A DNA stretch of 64,000 bases from Octopus bimaculoides (GCF_001194135.2 NC_068989.1:417824-481823), one strand, 5' to 3'; numbered from the stretch's first letter, positions 26,721-40,554 are shown. Numbers and translations: made by a program. Notes: a model not told the origin generated them from the letters alone.

Positions 26721-26769
<49 letters not shown>

Positions 26770-26770
26770 A
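26523..26770 (+). mobile_element. SINE family B head, truncated in its expanded microsatellite
   Basis: ggtgtggctatatggtaagaag...cccaaccacatggtaccaggttcag, then (TATG)n(TA)n. Confidence 0.8.
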
Positions 26771-27820
26771 TATATATTACAGACAATAAAATAAACTTTG
26801 AATGCACTACAGCTGTGGAAACAGCCAAGAAAGATTGGATGTTTACCCTTAGAAGACAGGAAAAAAAAGGTTGCTAGCAAGCTACTATAGGGAATCAAAC
26901 CCTTTACCCGTCAGATACCAGGTGAATGCTCTGAACCATTAAGCTAAGTGGTTCCTGACAACGATTACTGTCAATTTTAATGCTAAATAATAGTTTTTCA
27001 AATGTGGGAACATTTTATAAACAAACTTTGGAAGTGCTGAACATGTTGGTATTTTGCAGACAACGAAATATTGAGAGAAAGACTTCTATTTTGGGTTATA
27101 TTTCGAGCCTATCACTTAGACAATGAGCAATGGGGTCAGTGACACCAAAAGTGTCAGCACTACAGCCAGAAGTATTCCTTTCGTCAAGGAAGGAGAGAGG
27201 GACCAATGAAAATACCCAAAAGCAGCTCCAAGGAATTACTTGCCACAGCAGGGGGTACTAACTGATGGAAGTTGGTGAGGGAAACAAAGTTTCCAATACA
27301 CATCATCAGACATTGTTGAGGTCAGATATTATTTTGGTTTCCAGGGCAACAAAGCAGCTGGTAGTGTATTTCTGCAAGGAAAGAATGGAGGAGGGCCAAC
27401 AGAGGAAGAGAACCAAATAACAGGAGTTGATAGCAGGTTGTGGTATAAATCGTATAAAGCAGAGCCATTAAGTATAAAACTGTTGTGTTATAATGTGATG
27501 TAATGATTTTTGTAGGTTGTATGGAATGAGGTGACTTGTGAACTTAATGCCAGCATTGTTTGAACAATGTTGACATGATACTTTGCACAAGCAGCAGTAA
27601 TGGAGAGAATACAATTTGAGTGTTTTGATGCAATTCCAGTAATCAAGGCCACAAAACAACTCTGTGTACAAAGTGTTCGACTGCTGACTGTGTGAAAGTG
27701 TAACTTCTTTACTCTGAAATGCAGAAACAGGAAACATCATTGTTCCAAAACTCAACTAAGTGCCAAAGAAATCATTGCATGTTTAAAATATGATGACTCC
27801 AAGAAGAAGAAGAAAAAGAA

Positions 27821-27851
<31 letters not shown>

Positions 27852-28189
27852 GATTCAGAAATATGGTTAATGTATTTCTACTGAGAAGAAATGTGAAAAT
27901 GCTTGAAGATCGTACATATCAGAATCATTATGGTAAAATATTTGAGATATTTTAGGTAAATTGATGGTTTTATTTTTTATCAGATGAAGCAATAACATTT
28001 CACAAGGTTCCACAACACCTTGACAATATCTAAAATACACACATACACACACACACAGAGTAATATAATGATTTCTAACACAAGCATGAGGCCTCAAAAA
28101 TTTGGAGAAGTGGTATGATTGATTATATCAACCCCAATACTTAACTGCTACTTTATTGATTATGGAAGTTGTATCACAAGTTACTTGCT

Positions 28190-28420
28190 GACCCTGCTGG
28201 TGTGAATGCCATGTAAAAAGCAGTGGTGCTGGTACCACAGGAAAAGCATCCAGCACACTCTGTGATGTGGCTAGCGTTAGCCATAGAAACCGCCAAACAC
28301 AGACAACAGAGCCAGGTGCAGTTCTCTGGTTTACCAGTTCTTGTAAAACAGTCCAACCCAAGACAGCATGGAAGACAGCTGTTAAAGGAGGAGGAGGAAG
28401 AGGAGGAGGGTGATGTTGAA
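28190..28420 (+). mobile_element. RTE 3' tail copy
   Basis: Same tail motifs, more diverged. Confidence 0.7.
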
Positions 28421-29540
28421 AGGATGGAAAAGTTGATCTTAGCAGAAAATGAATCTAAGATACTGCAAAATATTTTGTGTAATGTCTCTATGATTCTGGC
28501 AACTCCCTCCAAACTATACAATCTGTCGCAGTTAACCATTTTCTTTGTTTGAATTATCTATTGTATAATTGTTGTGTATATTTTATCTGAAGTTGTCTGC
28601 AAGTATGAATTCCAGAATTAGCACAAAATTTTCAAAATAAATATAATAAGAAAGATAAAGATAATTAAATATTATATATTAGTAAAATATGTCATAGTTT
28701 ATTAATTGACAATATACAAATTACACGTAATATAAACAAAAGCTATGCATAATCTAATTAATATAGATATATTAATTCACCCATAGGTTTGTATAACTTA
28801 CAAAAACTGATGTGAACCTAATTTTATATACTATGTGAAACTATTTTTTTAAAAACTTCTTTCCCTAAAATCTTCATAACTCAAAAATACAAAAATTTTG
28901 TTTAATAACATTTTATATTGCCTTAGTGTTAAATGATTTTAGAGGAAGGTTTATAAAAAAAACCAAAAGAAACTGTAATTTTCAGTTGAAAGTAGTTTTA
29001 ATATAGTTGAGTTAGTGTTCACATATTTAATGCAGGAAACCTAAAAATGTCCTAAACTGCAAAAAAAAACAGATGTTTCTTATACAAAAACAAACTTCGT
29101 TTCTATGGTCCCACATCAAAGGCTGGACTAAAACTAATTTCCCAGCCTGCCTTTCATGGAATTATAATTAGAATCTATCATTCCTTTATCCCAAACCTTT
29201 GGTCTCAATTTCGTTTAACTGCTTCCATTTTTTTTTTCTCTTTTTCATTACTTAAAGGAAAATGTTTGCAGATGGGACAATAACAGTTGTTTTAACATGA
29301 AATATGTTGCACCTACATCTCACAGGAATTTATATTGAAAGATTATATTGCAATTCTGGTTTTTAATTCAAACATGAGAGAGGAAAATGGTAAAGATGGT
29401 AAGAAAATTGCAGCTTTTACTGTTTACACTAAATCAACAAATAATTAAATACTAGCATCTAATCAACATAGATTAGACATAGATTAACACTTGATTAAGA
29501 AATGATTTTTATTGCACCACATTAAACAATCAAGCCTACA

Positions 29541-29963
29541 TCTTTTATCTTTTATCTTTTACTTGTTTCAGTCATCAGACTATGGCCATGCTGGGGCAAC
29601 ACTGCTTTGAGGAATTTTTAGTTGAATGAACTGATCCCAGTACTTACTTTTTTTTTCAGCCTGGTACTTATTATATCAGTCACTTTTGCCGCGCTGCTAA
29701 GTTATGGGGATGTAAGCACACCAACACCAGTTGTCTAACAGGAGGTGGGGGTAGAGACAAACATAGACAAGACACACACATGTAGATATTATACATATAC
29801 ATATATATATACACACACACACAACAGGCTTCTTTCAGCTTCTGTGTACCAAATTCACTCCCAATGCTTTGGAAACAGATGCTCAAGGTGTCACACAGTG
29901 GGACTGAACCTGGAACTATGTGGTTGGGAAGCAAACTTCTTACCACACAGCTGCACCTATGCC
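29541..29963 (-). mobile_element. Near full-length tRNA-derived SINE (family B) with an internal microsatellite
   Basis: Head gctgtgtggtaagaagtttgc...ggttcagtccc (A/B boxes), a (TG/TA)n middle, body, and an (AAAAGAT)n-like tail. Confidence 0.85.
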
Positions 29964-30359
29964 TATAACAACATTTAATATGTTCTTCCTACAGAAGACG
30001 TCCTTGTAAGTTTCCCTAAATTCCATATCCAGTGAAATATTTTCATTTGACAAACTCGTATCTTTTAGCTACTCTTTACAAATTGGGGGGGGGGTCATCA
30101 GCTGATTTTACTTTCCTCTGAATGTTTAATAAGAGAGAATTGTCTCATAGCCACAAGGGTCACTTTAATTAATTAGATATTTTCATAGTTGTCTCCCTTG
30201 CCACTTTTGAGAGTCAACTTTCGTTAATGTTAATAATGAATGACATTAAAGTTAAAATTTTAATTAAGAAGCTATTTTTGGTTCCCTAATTTAATCTCCA
30301 TTTAACCATCTCTTTATCTTGAGAAGTGCAAGTGTGTGTGTGTGACAGTTCAGCTCTGT

Positions 30360-30890
30360 CAAGCAGATGAAACATAATGTCACCCCCCCACTCATGGCAG
30401 CATAGACCTTTGCCTAAAGATTGCCCCAGGGGCCAGGCAAAGCAGAGGCCAGCAGGAGGGTCATGATGATCTTCTTCAATATCAAGGGCATCATCTCCAT
30501 CCATGGTGGAATCTCCTGCCCAGACGGTCAACAAAGAATACTTTGTGGAGGTTTTGTGGGAGAACACCTGCCCCAGGCCACAATGCCATCCTGGTAACCA
30601 AACTACTTGATAGAGATGAGCATAAAAACCATCCCTTGCCCTCTCTACAGTTCAGCCCTTGCTCTCTGTGACTTTTGGCTGTTCTCCAAGCTGAAGGAGG
30701 CTGTGAGAAAGGTCCTGGATACCTTTACTTTGGAGGACTTCCATGAGGCTTTCACAAAGGGGCTGGGACACTACAACTAAAAGTGCATTGAAGTCAGAAG
30801 ATCCAACTTTGAAGGTGATTAGAATTTTGTACTTCTCTGAAATTGATAAATGTCTCTTCTGAAAAAATCTCAAAACTTCTGGAATGCACA
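30360..30890 (+). mobile_element. Decayed mariner (DD34D-type) transposase fragment
   Basis: Broken frames give MMIFFNIKGII, QTVNKEYFVEVL, CDFWLFSKLK and KCIEVRRSNFEGD. Confidence 0.75.
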
Positions 30891-30989
30891 TTACACCCCC
30901 ACCCCACACACACACATACACGACATAGTGATTTGGGACAGAGAAGAGAAACTGTGTACAGTGGTGGAAATCAGCCGCCTGGTAGGCCT

Positions 30990-31140
30990 GGTAGATATGT
31001 AACACACTACCTCAATACCAATCTTGAGAAACTAGGCTTCTCAAAACCAGAAAGGAGAAAGCTGATTACAAGATTACAGATCCAAGCCATCACCGGAACC
31101 ATAAAAGTCTATAAAACTTTCCAGACGTTTATCATTTAAG
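30990..31140 (+). mobile_element. Probable extreme C-terminus of a REL-type non-LTR element
   Basis: LEKLGFSKPERRKLITRLQIQAITGTIKVYKTF resembles the LQK.A..GT..I C-terminal motif. Confidence 0.45.
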
Positions 31141-31537
31141 TATATATGAGCATGTCTAGATATGCAACTATATGCATGAGAAGTCATACATAAAACAAAA
31201 CATACGAATACATAAAACAAAACATACATAAATATATACATACAAGACAGACAGACAGACACACACACACATATACACATCCAGAGAGAGAGTGAGTGAG
31301 AAAGAGAGATTTGAATTTACGACTGACAGGTGATGTAGCCATTTAGAATTTCACATTTCTGTATTTCAAAGTGAAAGACAATATTAAAAAATAACAATTG
31401 AGTTCTGGTGAGACACCAACATGTGAAACTGTGAGTAGTTATGGAGGTAAACATTACTTTGAGTAATATTTGTGGATATGTTTGTGTGTCAATATATAAC
31501 TAGAAATATGTAAGTCTAAATATACATTGGTGGTTTG

Positions 31538-32026
31538 NNNNNNNNNNNNNNNNNNNNNNNNNNNNNNNNNNNNNNNNNNNNNNNNNNNNNNNNNNNNNNN
31601 NNNNNNNNNNNNNNNNNNNNNNNNNNNNNNNNNNNNNNNNNNNNNNNNNNNNNNNNNNNNNNNNNNNNNNNNNNNNNNNNNNNNNNNNNNNNNNNNNNNN
31701 NNNNNNNNNNNNNNNNNNNNNNNNNNNNNNNNNNNNNNNNNNNNNNNNNNNNNNNNNNNNNNNNNNNNNNNNNNNNNNNNNNNNNNNNNNNNNNNNNNNN
31801 NNNNNNNNNNNNNNNNNNNNNNNNNNNNNNNNNNNNNNNNNNNNNNNNNNNNNNNNNNNNNNNNNNNNNNNNNNNNNNNNNNNNNNNNNNNNNNNNNNNN
31901 NNNNNNNNNNNNNNNNNNNNNNNNNNNNNNNNNNNNNNNNNNNNNNNNNNNNNNNNNNNNNNNNNNNNNNNNNNNNNNNNNNNNNNNNNNNNNNNNNNNN
32001 NNNNNNNNNNNNNNNNNNNNNNNNNN
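31538..32026. other. Assembly gap (N run). Other large gaps: 33254-33665, 34578-34674, 53758-53921, 58378-58415, plus several of about 10 N
   Basis: N characters; most gaps abut microsatellites. Confidence 1.
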
Positions 32027-34434
32027 TTTTGTGTTGTGATTTTTTGGTATATTTTTCATGATTTCTGTTTTCTGAGGTAAAAGTAATACTGAGAAGAAGC
32101 TAGTTTTAGTGAGAAGAAAGGACTTTGGCACAGTTTTGAACTAGTTTCAAATCCAAATGTTGATAGAATAAGTAACATAAGCAACAATCTAATGCCGACT
32201 GGTTTGCAGAAAAATTAAGACCATAATAGAATTTTATTGATTTTGAGGGCAAAGAAAAAAGAGTGTTGTTACACCTGGTGTAGATTAGAGGTCAAAATTT
32301 ACTTTTATATAAAATATTCTAATAGAAAGTAGAAATGGCACCTCTTGAGTGTGTTGGGAGAAAGACCGAAATGTAAATTGGATTTCATGAAAATAATGAA
32401 GTGTATAATTTAGAAACAGCAATATCTATGCTAAAAGTAGAGACAAAAGTTATGGTAAATAGACTTTTTACAAAATATATACACTTGATATAAGATAGAA
32501 GAGTATACAAAACATGTACTTATATGATTATCTACACACCTAGTATATCTGTGTATAAAGATATATACACACACGTGCGTGTGTGCATGTATATTATGTA
32601 TATGTGTGTGTGTGTATATATATATATGTATGTATGTATGTATGTATATAGATAGATAGACTGACAGACAGATACATAGATACAGATATTATACACATAT
32701 ATATATATATGCATACACCTATCGTGTGCGTGCGTGCATGTGTGTTATGTACATACATGGATGCATTTGAGTGCACCTTTATTTAAGGACCAGGTGTAGA
32801 TTTAAATGCACAAGTTTAGATATTTTGCTAGTTTAGAAATGTAAATGGTTACAAAATATAAATGAAAGAATAACGACCATTCGAGACGACCTGCTTGCAT
32901 TTTGGTAAGAAAAAAATAGAATTAAGAACAAAGTAATAAACAAACCTAAATTGACCTCTCACTGCTTGCTGGAATAACAATACAGAATGTCAGGAATGTC
33001 TGCTGTCAGTTGTGTAGTTTGTGAATAATTACTGGAAAATGGGATCTCCCTGTACTGGAATTAAACTGGCAATAAGGTAGCCAGATTGAATGAGAGAGGG
33101 AGAGGGAGAGAGAGAGAGAGAGAGAGAGAGGGTCGAGTAAGGAGTGGGAAGAGAGAGAGAGAGAGAGAGAGCGTTAGATTGAACTAAAAGGAGTCTACAG
33201 GTCAGTGTGAAGTGGAACACACTTCCAAGAGTTGCTTGTGGTGCTCTGTGCAGNNNNNNNNNNNNNNNNNNNNNNNNNNNNNNNNNNNNNNNNNNNNNNN
33301 NNNNNNNNNNNNNNNNNNNNNNNNNNNNNNNNNNNNNNNNNNNNNNNNNNNNNNNNNNNNNNNNNNNNNNNNNNNNNNNNNNNNNNNNNNNNNNNNNNNN
33401 NNNNNNNNNNNNNNNNNNNNNNNNNNNNNNNNNNNNNNNNNNNNNNNNNNNNNNNNNNNNNNNNNNNNNNNNNNNNNNNNNNNNNNNNNNNNNNNNNNNN
33501 NNNNNNNNNNNNNNNNNNNNNNNNNNNNNNNNNNNNNNNNNNNNNNNNNNNNNNNNNNNNNNNNNNNNNNNNNNNNNNNNNNNNNNNNNNNNNNNNNNNN
33601 NNNNNNNNNNNNNNNNNNNNNNNNNNNNNNNNNNNNNNNNNNNNNNNNNNNNNNNNNNNNNNNNNGTGTGTGTGTGTGTGTGGGTGTGGGTGTTTGAAAG
33701 TCTTCAGAGAGGCAGGGGGAGGTATTAGCCTCTGTAAACTTCAATTCAGATGTGTATAAAAATAACACTGGTCTGTTACTAGCAATGCGTTGTTCAGTTT
33801 TATATACTTAATAACATCTATTGCCATATTAGATGAAATGTCCAGTTAAGCTGAAGCAGAAACAGCAGTAGCAGCCACACAGCAAGAGCTGATTGCTGTA
33901 CAGGTAAACTACACAGCTACACAGGAGTTGACTAATTAAAACTTTTACAAATGCATCAACTTAATTTGTTATAATGCCGATATATATGTATATATATGTA
34001 TATATGTATATATTTATACACACACACACATGTAAAATGAAGAAAAAAACGGTAGTGGTCAAAAGAAAATGGTATGGCTGTGGGTGTGCGAATGCGTGTA
34101 AGTAATTATGAATAAGACACAGTTACAAAGTGTAAAATTCGTTAGCACTATAAACATACAGACAGACATACAAACTCAAAAGTGTCTAAAAATATAACAG
34201 ATACACATATTTAGGGACCAGTTCCTTACACATATACAAAGGAAAGGTTCTTCTCTGTGTGTGAGAAAAAATATATATACATTACCAAATATATATATAT
34301 ACACACACACACATATAAATATACCCATACATAAATATATATGACTATGTAGTTAACAAGTTTGTTTCCCAGCCCTGTGTAGTTATTACCACTACACAGG
34401 ACATTGGCTAAGTGTATATATATATATATTCTAT

Positions 34435-34577
34435 TCTTTTACTTGTTTCAGCCTTTAGTCGAACAACGACCCCAGGTTTTATTCTTTGTAAGCCTAGTCC
34501 TTACTCTATCAGTCTCTATTGCCAAACTGCCAAGCTGCAGGGACATAAACACATCAACGTCAGTTGTCAAGCGATGC
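34435..34577 (-). mobile_element. SINE family B 3' half, running into an N-gap
   Basis: Same body motifs with an internal deletion. Confidence 0.7.
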
Positions 34578-34674
34578 NNNNNNNNNNNNNNNNNNNNNNN
34601 NNNNNNNNNNNNNNNNNNNNNNNNNNNNNNNNNNNNNNNNNNNNNNNNNNNNNNNNNNNNNNNNNNNNNNNNNN

Positions 34675-34699
<25 letters not shown>

Positions 34700-34711
<12 letters not shown>

Positions 34712-35059
34712 ACCCGGTCCGTGAGTTCAACTCACTACCTCATGGTTGTGAGCCTGACACACACTAACCACAGAGCCATGTGCCTTCAAGGTGCATGGCT
34801 CTGTGGTTAGAGCATTCTTCAGCAAGACACTTTATTTCACACTGCTCCACTTCGCCCATCTGTAGATGTGTTGCAACATTGCTGTATTGGCTCCTTTGCC
34901 TTTCCTTTGGATAACGTTGGTGGTGTGGAGAGGGGAGGTTGGTATGCATGGGCAACTGCTGGTGTTCCATAAACAATCTTCCCTGGGACTTGTGCCTCAG
35001 AAGGGAACTTTCTAGGTACAATCCCATGGTCAGTCATGACTGAAGGAGGTCTTTACCCC
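34700..35059. mobile_element. Rearranged SINE family C: inverted head (34700-34789, minus) joined to a plus-strand body (34790-35059)
   Basis: 21-bp inverted repeat at the junction; cagcaagacacttt core on the plus strand. Confidence 0.65.
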
Positions 35060-35215
35060 AAAGTCAAAACCACCATAATAAATCCACAGTGTACCGAACG
35101 CAAGGGAATGCAACCTTTGAAGCCAACCCTTAAAAACAGATTCAAGGGTTGGCTTCAAAGGTTGCATTCCCTTGTACTGGGTACACTGTGTATTTATTAT
35201 GGTAGTTTTGACTTT
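35060..35215. repeat. 72-bp imperfect inverted repeat (6 mismatches) with a 12-nt loop
   Basis: Arms 35060-35131 and 35144-35215; the ORF track gives near-identical peptides on both strands. Confidence 0.95.
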
Positions 35216-36357
35216 AAGAGTCCCTAATAGCATGAGGCATTTATGTGTAGTAATGTCCTTAATAATAAATACATATATTTAAAGGGAATAATTATACATT
35301 TTTTTTCCCTTATGAGGTTTTTATTTTGGCTACTTGATAAATTCTTATAAAGATTTTATCCTGTTTTAAATTTTATATATTTATATATATTAATTGAAGT
35401 GTACAGTATTACAGCATTACAACTGATCTTAACAATCAGTTTCACACTAAGGGTTCAATGGAGTGTTAGGTAAAATCCAATTATGTAACCCTGCACTCCT
35501 CAGAGGTGGCAGTTATAGAATGAAATATGGCAGCTGCTCTCTACTGCTGGAGGTGAGCACTGAGCAAGGGTTTAGTTAAGAGTTATGTCCCTTGGTACCA
35601 AAGCACCATCTCCAGGGTTGTTGCAAGGCAGCAAGAGTTTTCTGGAAAAGAGTGTTATGGGAGATGTGTGCAGTGGTACTATATGTGCAGCAATTCTTTT
35701 TTGGTGTGGGGGGAAGAAGACACATATACATCTGCGTTTGTTAGTGTGTTTTCTATCTTTTATGCTTTAGTTAAAACATTTGGTTAAATTTTGAGGGCAT
35801 TTATGCATGCATGGAGTGTGTGTAGGAGTACAATACATGTGGGGGCTTATATTGGGGGTGGGGAAGTCTTTATTGAGTGGATGTTTACCATGTTAGGGTG
35901 CGTGTGTTTGTGAGTATGTTTGTGTATGTTCTGGTCAAACCATTTGCTGGATCCACAGGTATTGGTGGAGGGAGGGCCAAAGCTAGAGGACTGGTGGTTA
36001 TAGTCACGATGGGGCATACAGGTATGATAGGATGTATTTCTTTTCATGTGGGCAAGGATTAAAAATTTCCCTTCTGCTGTTCAGGTAGATGCTTGGGTGC
36101 TGAGAGCTCTTCAATATTGCTCCTTTCTCACCCAAGCATAATCTGCACTTCCTGCTGCTATTGAAGTACTCTGTATGTGTGTGTGTACTCTCTTTCAGTG
36201 TGGAACAGAAAAAAACAAGAAATGAGTTTTAAAAACTTCAAATTTTTCCAACAAGAGATCTTCCCATTATTTTTAATATTTCAGCATTTAATACATGTAC
36301 ATGGATGTATATATGTGTGTATATTCATCTGAATATGACTGTGCATATATGACACCA

Positions 36358-36440
<83 letters not shown>

Positions 36441-36455
36441 NNNNNNNNNNATATA

Positions 36456-36491
<36 letters not shown>

Positions 36492-36820
36492 TGTATGTAT
36501 GTATGTATGTATGTATGTATTTGGTTAATGGTGGAGTAATGGAGGACAGTACTGACAGGGTATAATGAGAAACAGACAAGAGAAAGGGAAGTGGATAGAC
36601 ATGGAATTATTGTAAGTGGTGGTGATAGATGTCAGTAAAGAGTGACTTATTGCAGAGTGAGTGATGACTGGCAATACAGGAGGGTGATGGGGAAGTGTAT
36701 ATATATTTGGTTAAACAAATACATAACAAACACTGTGAAAGTGACCATGCTTTACCAGTAAGCTACCTGGTATAAACCATTCGTTTTATTATCTAATATC
36801 TAATAATAATATATATTTAC

Positions 36821-36884
<64 letters not shown>

Positions 36885-38479
36885 ACACGTGCACGTGAAC
36901 AGGCATGTACATATGCAGATTCTTCCCCTTACACAATAAAACATTTACACTGTTTATAAAACTAAGAACACTTAATTCTGTATTTATGGCCTGATAACCG
37001 AACTTAGTTTATATACAGGACAGTAGACAATACAGGCTGTGTCCTTCAAAGTTAGATTAGACAGTGAAAATGTGTGTTTGCATACAAGAAGATGTGTTGA
37101 TGTGTGTGTTAAAAAGCACAAAGCAAGTGTTTGTAGACAATAGGTAATTGCCTGAGTTTGGAGACGTTTCAGGGAGGGGGGGTATTTCTTGAAGGAAATT
37201 ATATGGTCATGTGACAGGCAGATGTCAACTGTTTCTTGAACCCCTTCTCAGTACTGGACAAGTTGCAATGTTCCCCTAAGTCATTTTGGAGTTATTAGTG
37301 CTAACTGGGCCATAGGTATAAATCTAAGAACACTTCAGTTTGGAAACCAGCTTGTATCTTCATTAGACAATATACTGAGATGACAAGAGTTTATCAGTAT
37401 TAAATGGTTTAGAAACTGACCTAAAACAATCTTATCTTAATATTAAAAACACATAAGTGTTAGTCTAAGAAGCTAATTGCTAGACATTGAGAAAGTAACT
37501 ATTAAGTACAGCAAAGTTTGATGTAATATTAAACTGTTTAGATTTGTTTGAGACTTTCCAATATCTATATTATAAAATCCAGTTGAACCAACATAACAAA
37601 CTTAGAAATGGTCTAAAATGATGACATCTGGTTTTAAAAGATGGTTTAGTTGATGGTCTATTGCTGATGGTTATCTATGTGAACATTTACTGAATTAGAC
37701 AGTCTAACTGTTGACCTGGAGTTACCTTGGTAAAAAGAATTCTGTGGCATGAACTTAGATATTTTGGTATGTAAACTAACATTTATTCCTCTCCGTATCT
37801 CACCTCCTCTCTTCCACTCTACTTGTGTAATGAAGGATGACATTAGATTTGCCTCTACTGACATCCACCACCATTTGTCTCATGCAAAACCTTTCTCTTT
37901 CCCATTTTATAATAAGGATTTGCATGGAGTCTGTTCATATTAATATACTTCCTCCATCAACCTCCTGTATTGCCAGTCATCACTCATTCTACCATAAGTC
38001 ACTCTTTATTGGCATCCATTATCACATCTCTTACAATAATCCATTGCCATGCCTATCCACTCCCCCCTCTCTCTCTCATTATACCCTACCATTACCCCAC
38101 CATTTCCATTTTACCTTCTTCTTCTTCTTACAACCTCTTACCAAAATCATCCTCTTTCTCCTGCCATTACACCTCTAGCTTCTTTTTCTTTTTTCATTTG
38201 ACTTCATTTCCTGCTTTCATCCTCTTCTCTGTTTAACTTTCGATTATACCTCAAAACAGAATGACCATAGAGGAGTGAGGACTATTTAGTTTTGCAGGGT
38301 ACACGGTAACCTCACTGATGCTGGTCCTACAATGAAAGGGACCCAGTACACTTTGCAAACAAGCAGAGAAAGTGCTCCATGTTATGATGGCACTTGATAA
38401 AGGCATCATCTTAAAATGGTACATAAAAATCTGGAGACTGTAAAGCTCTGTTTACCATACCACACATTCAATATTCAAA

Positions 38480-38760
38480 CATGTATCTTTTATTGGTTTC
38501 ATCATCTGCATAGCTGGTGAGAGGTACTGTATGGCTGAGGGCATGTTTAAGAGCGCCACTACAAACAGAACTGGTCCCAGTACAGTCCCTTGAGGGACTC
38601 ACTGAGAATAGATGTCTCCCCAAAGAGAGCACCACTGGCTGCAACTGGCTTTTAAAAAGTCATGCAGTCACTCTCCCTATTCTCCAGTGCTACCAGTGAT
38701 ACCATTTGTGGCCAATCATCTCACGATCAACTTTGTCAAAGGCCTTGAGATTCATTTTAT
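38480..38760 (-). mobile_element. L2/CR1-like LINE reverse transcriptase fragment
   Basis: LKAFDKVD, VPQGTVLGPVLF, then a frameshift to SYADD. Confidence 0.75.
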
Positions 38761-39189
38761 GGTTGTAACGAAACAAAATGAAAACATGTTCTACTAAATA
38801 GAATAGAAAAAAGTAAATGAAATAAGAAGAATAAGGAAAGCGAAATTAAATTAATTAAGAAATGGATTTTGTTTTCTTTCAAAATGATAAGATTTGAGAA
38901 ATCATGGAGGCCTAAAAATCTGGTTAAATAAGTTGATTCATCAACTTCTAAGAAGAAATGTTCATTTTTCCTCCCAGATTGAGATTAAATGCAAACATTC
39001 ATATTTCTTGGCTGTGGCTTGAGTGGACATCATTAATTAGGATGGGTGGGCAACCATAAAATCACTTCACCCTAAATTACTTGAAAAAGTTTCAAGTTTT
39101 TAGACATTTAACTCTACATCTGGATTCAAATTACTTGTAAAATCACAAATGGTTGAAACGACAACATTTAAGGCTTTTTAAAGTCTCAC

Positions 39190-39275
39190 CTGAAAGGAAC
39201 GTTTTGCTTGACTGTTTCAGTAATACCATCACTGTACTTTATCACAGCATCTTCAGAACCTGTACGTTTCAGCCC
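39190..39275 (-). CDS. PKD1-like exon 4 (GLKRTGSEDAVIKYSDGITETVKQNVPF)
   Basis: aattctttcag acceptor, AG|gtgaga donor, 86 nt, phase 0-2. It bridges exons 3 and 5 exactly, and KYSDG matches the degenerate FGDG motif. Not in the ORF track. Confidence 0.85.
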
Positions 39276-39584
39276 CTGAAAGAATTAAGAACATCCAGTG
39301 GATTTTAAAAAATTTTGATTTCTAATATAGGCACAGGAGACAAGAAGAGATGAAGAAAAAGTGAAAGAGAGTAAAAAAAGAAAAGAGAGATCTTAGAGAA
39401 TCTTGTTCAACTTTTACAAACTTTGGAAAAAACAAAGATATCGTAGAAGAGAAACATGATCAACTTGAAGACTAATAATTGAAACAGAGTTTTTTTTTTT
39501 TATTTTTGTTTTTTCTTTGTGTGAACCTCTGACAATTTCTGGTTCCAAGAGAAGAGAGACGACTACTTTACCATACACTGACAG

Positions 39585-40400
39585 CAGGCTCTTCAACCAA
39601 AAGATTCCAGACTGAAAACATGTGAGTCTTGTATTGCCAATGCAATTTCAGAATTTGAAGACTTTGATTTCTCTAGCAGGAAAGATACCAAAGTCTTGTA
39701 TCAGGCAGCACCATAAAAAAAAGAATACTTAGCAGCAGCAATCATGGTCAAGGATCAGATCTTACAAACCATTAGCAGTCTCATACCTTGGCAGCACTTT
39801 CTCAACAACTGTCATCATTAACAATGACATCAACAACAGATCTGCCAACACCAGTATTGCCTTCGGTGGACTTTGCCAATATCTGAGCATGGAAGTTATT
39901 TGAAACTTCAAACAAAATTCAAAGTCTATAAAATCATTGTTCTACCACAGCTTTGCTGCTGCTTTGCCAATGAGACAGAGAGGTTATTTACAAGAAGTAT
40001 CGTGAGATTCCAACTGCCAGCACCAAATGCTGCATTGGCAGGACAAGATCACAGACAGTGAGGTCCTTAATTACATACTGTTGCCCAACATCTACACTCT
40101 ATTTAGTGGAGCCCAGCGGCAGTGATACAGTTTCATTGTGGCAACAGTTGACATGGCATTTGCAAATCCTCTTTGCCCCATTGAGTTGGTAGGGGAGAAA
40201 GTTTAGAAGCTGAACAGTGGAAATGCGTTGAGTATATTCGTAAACCCTCCCCAAAATTACTTCAGCATTAAACCAATCATGGGACAGCTTTCTTGTTGAC
40301 ATATCTCCCTAGCATAGCTTCATAAGAAGTCTGATTAGGCAAGTAGTCAAGGAGCTGAGCAGAAGAAAGAGGTGAGAAAGTCCAAAGCAGCTGACACATC
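39585..40400 (+). mobile_element. Decayed RTE/BovB-like LINE fragment (a second RTE family)
   Basis: Broken frames: RLFN, TKVLYQAAP, YLGSTFS, DINNRSANTSIAFGGL, LQTKFKVYKIIVLP. Confidence 0.75.
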
Positions 40401-40425
40401 CTTCTTTTAAGAATTATATTTTGCA

Positions 40426-40456
<31 letters not shown>

Positions 40457-40554
40457 CACGACTCTTTACTCATAAGCAAGCAACACAGTGAAACACATAA
40501 ACACAACTCAACTACACATAAGCACTCAACATGTAAAGCAACACCAACACTCAC

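Noticed and set aside
29900-29963. tRNA-like A/B boxes (also at other SINE heads)
   Set aside because: They continue into SINE bodies and no cloverleaf could be folded, so they are not tRNA genes
31454-33768. Long ORFs of 160-225 aa
   Set aside because: Artefacts of N-gaps (X runs)
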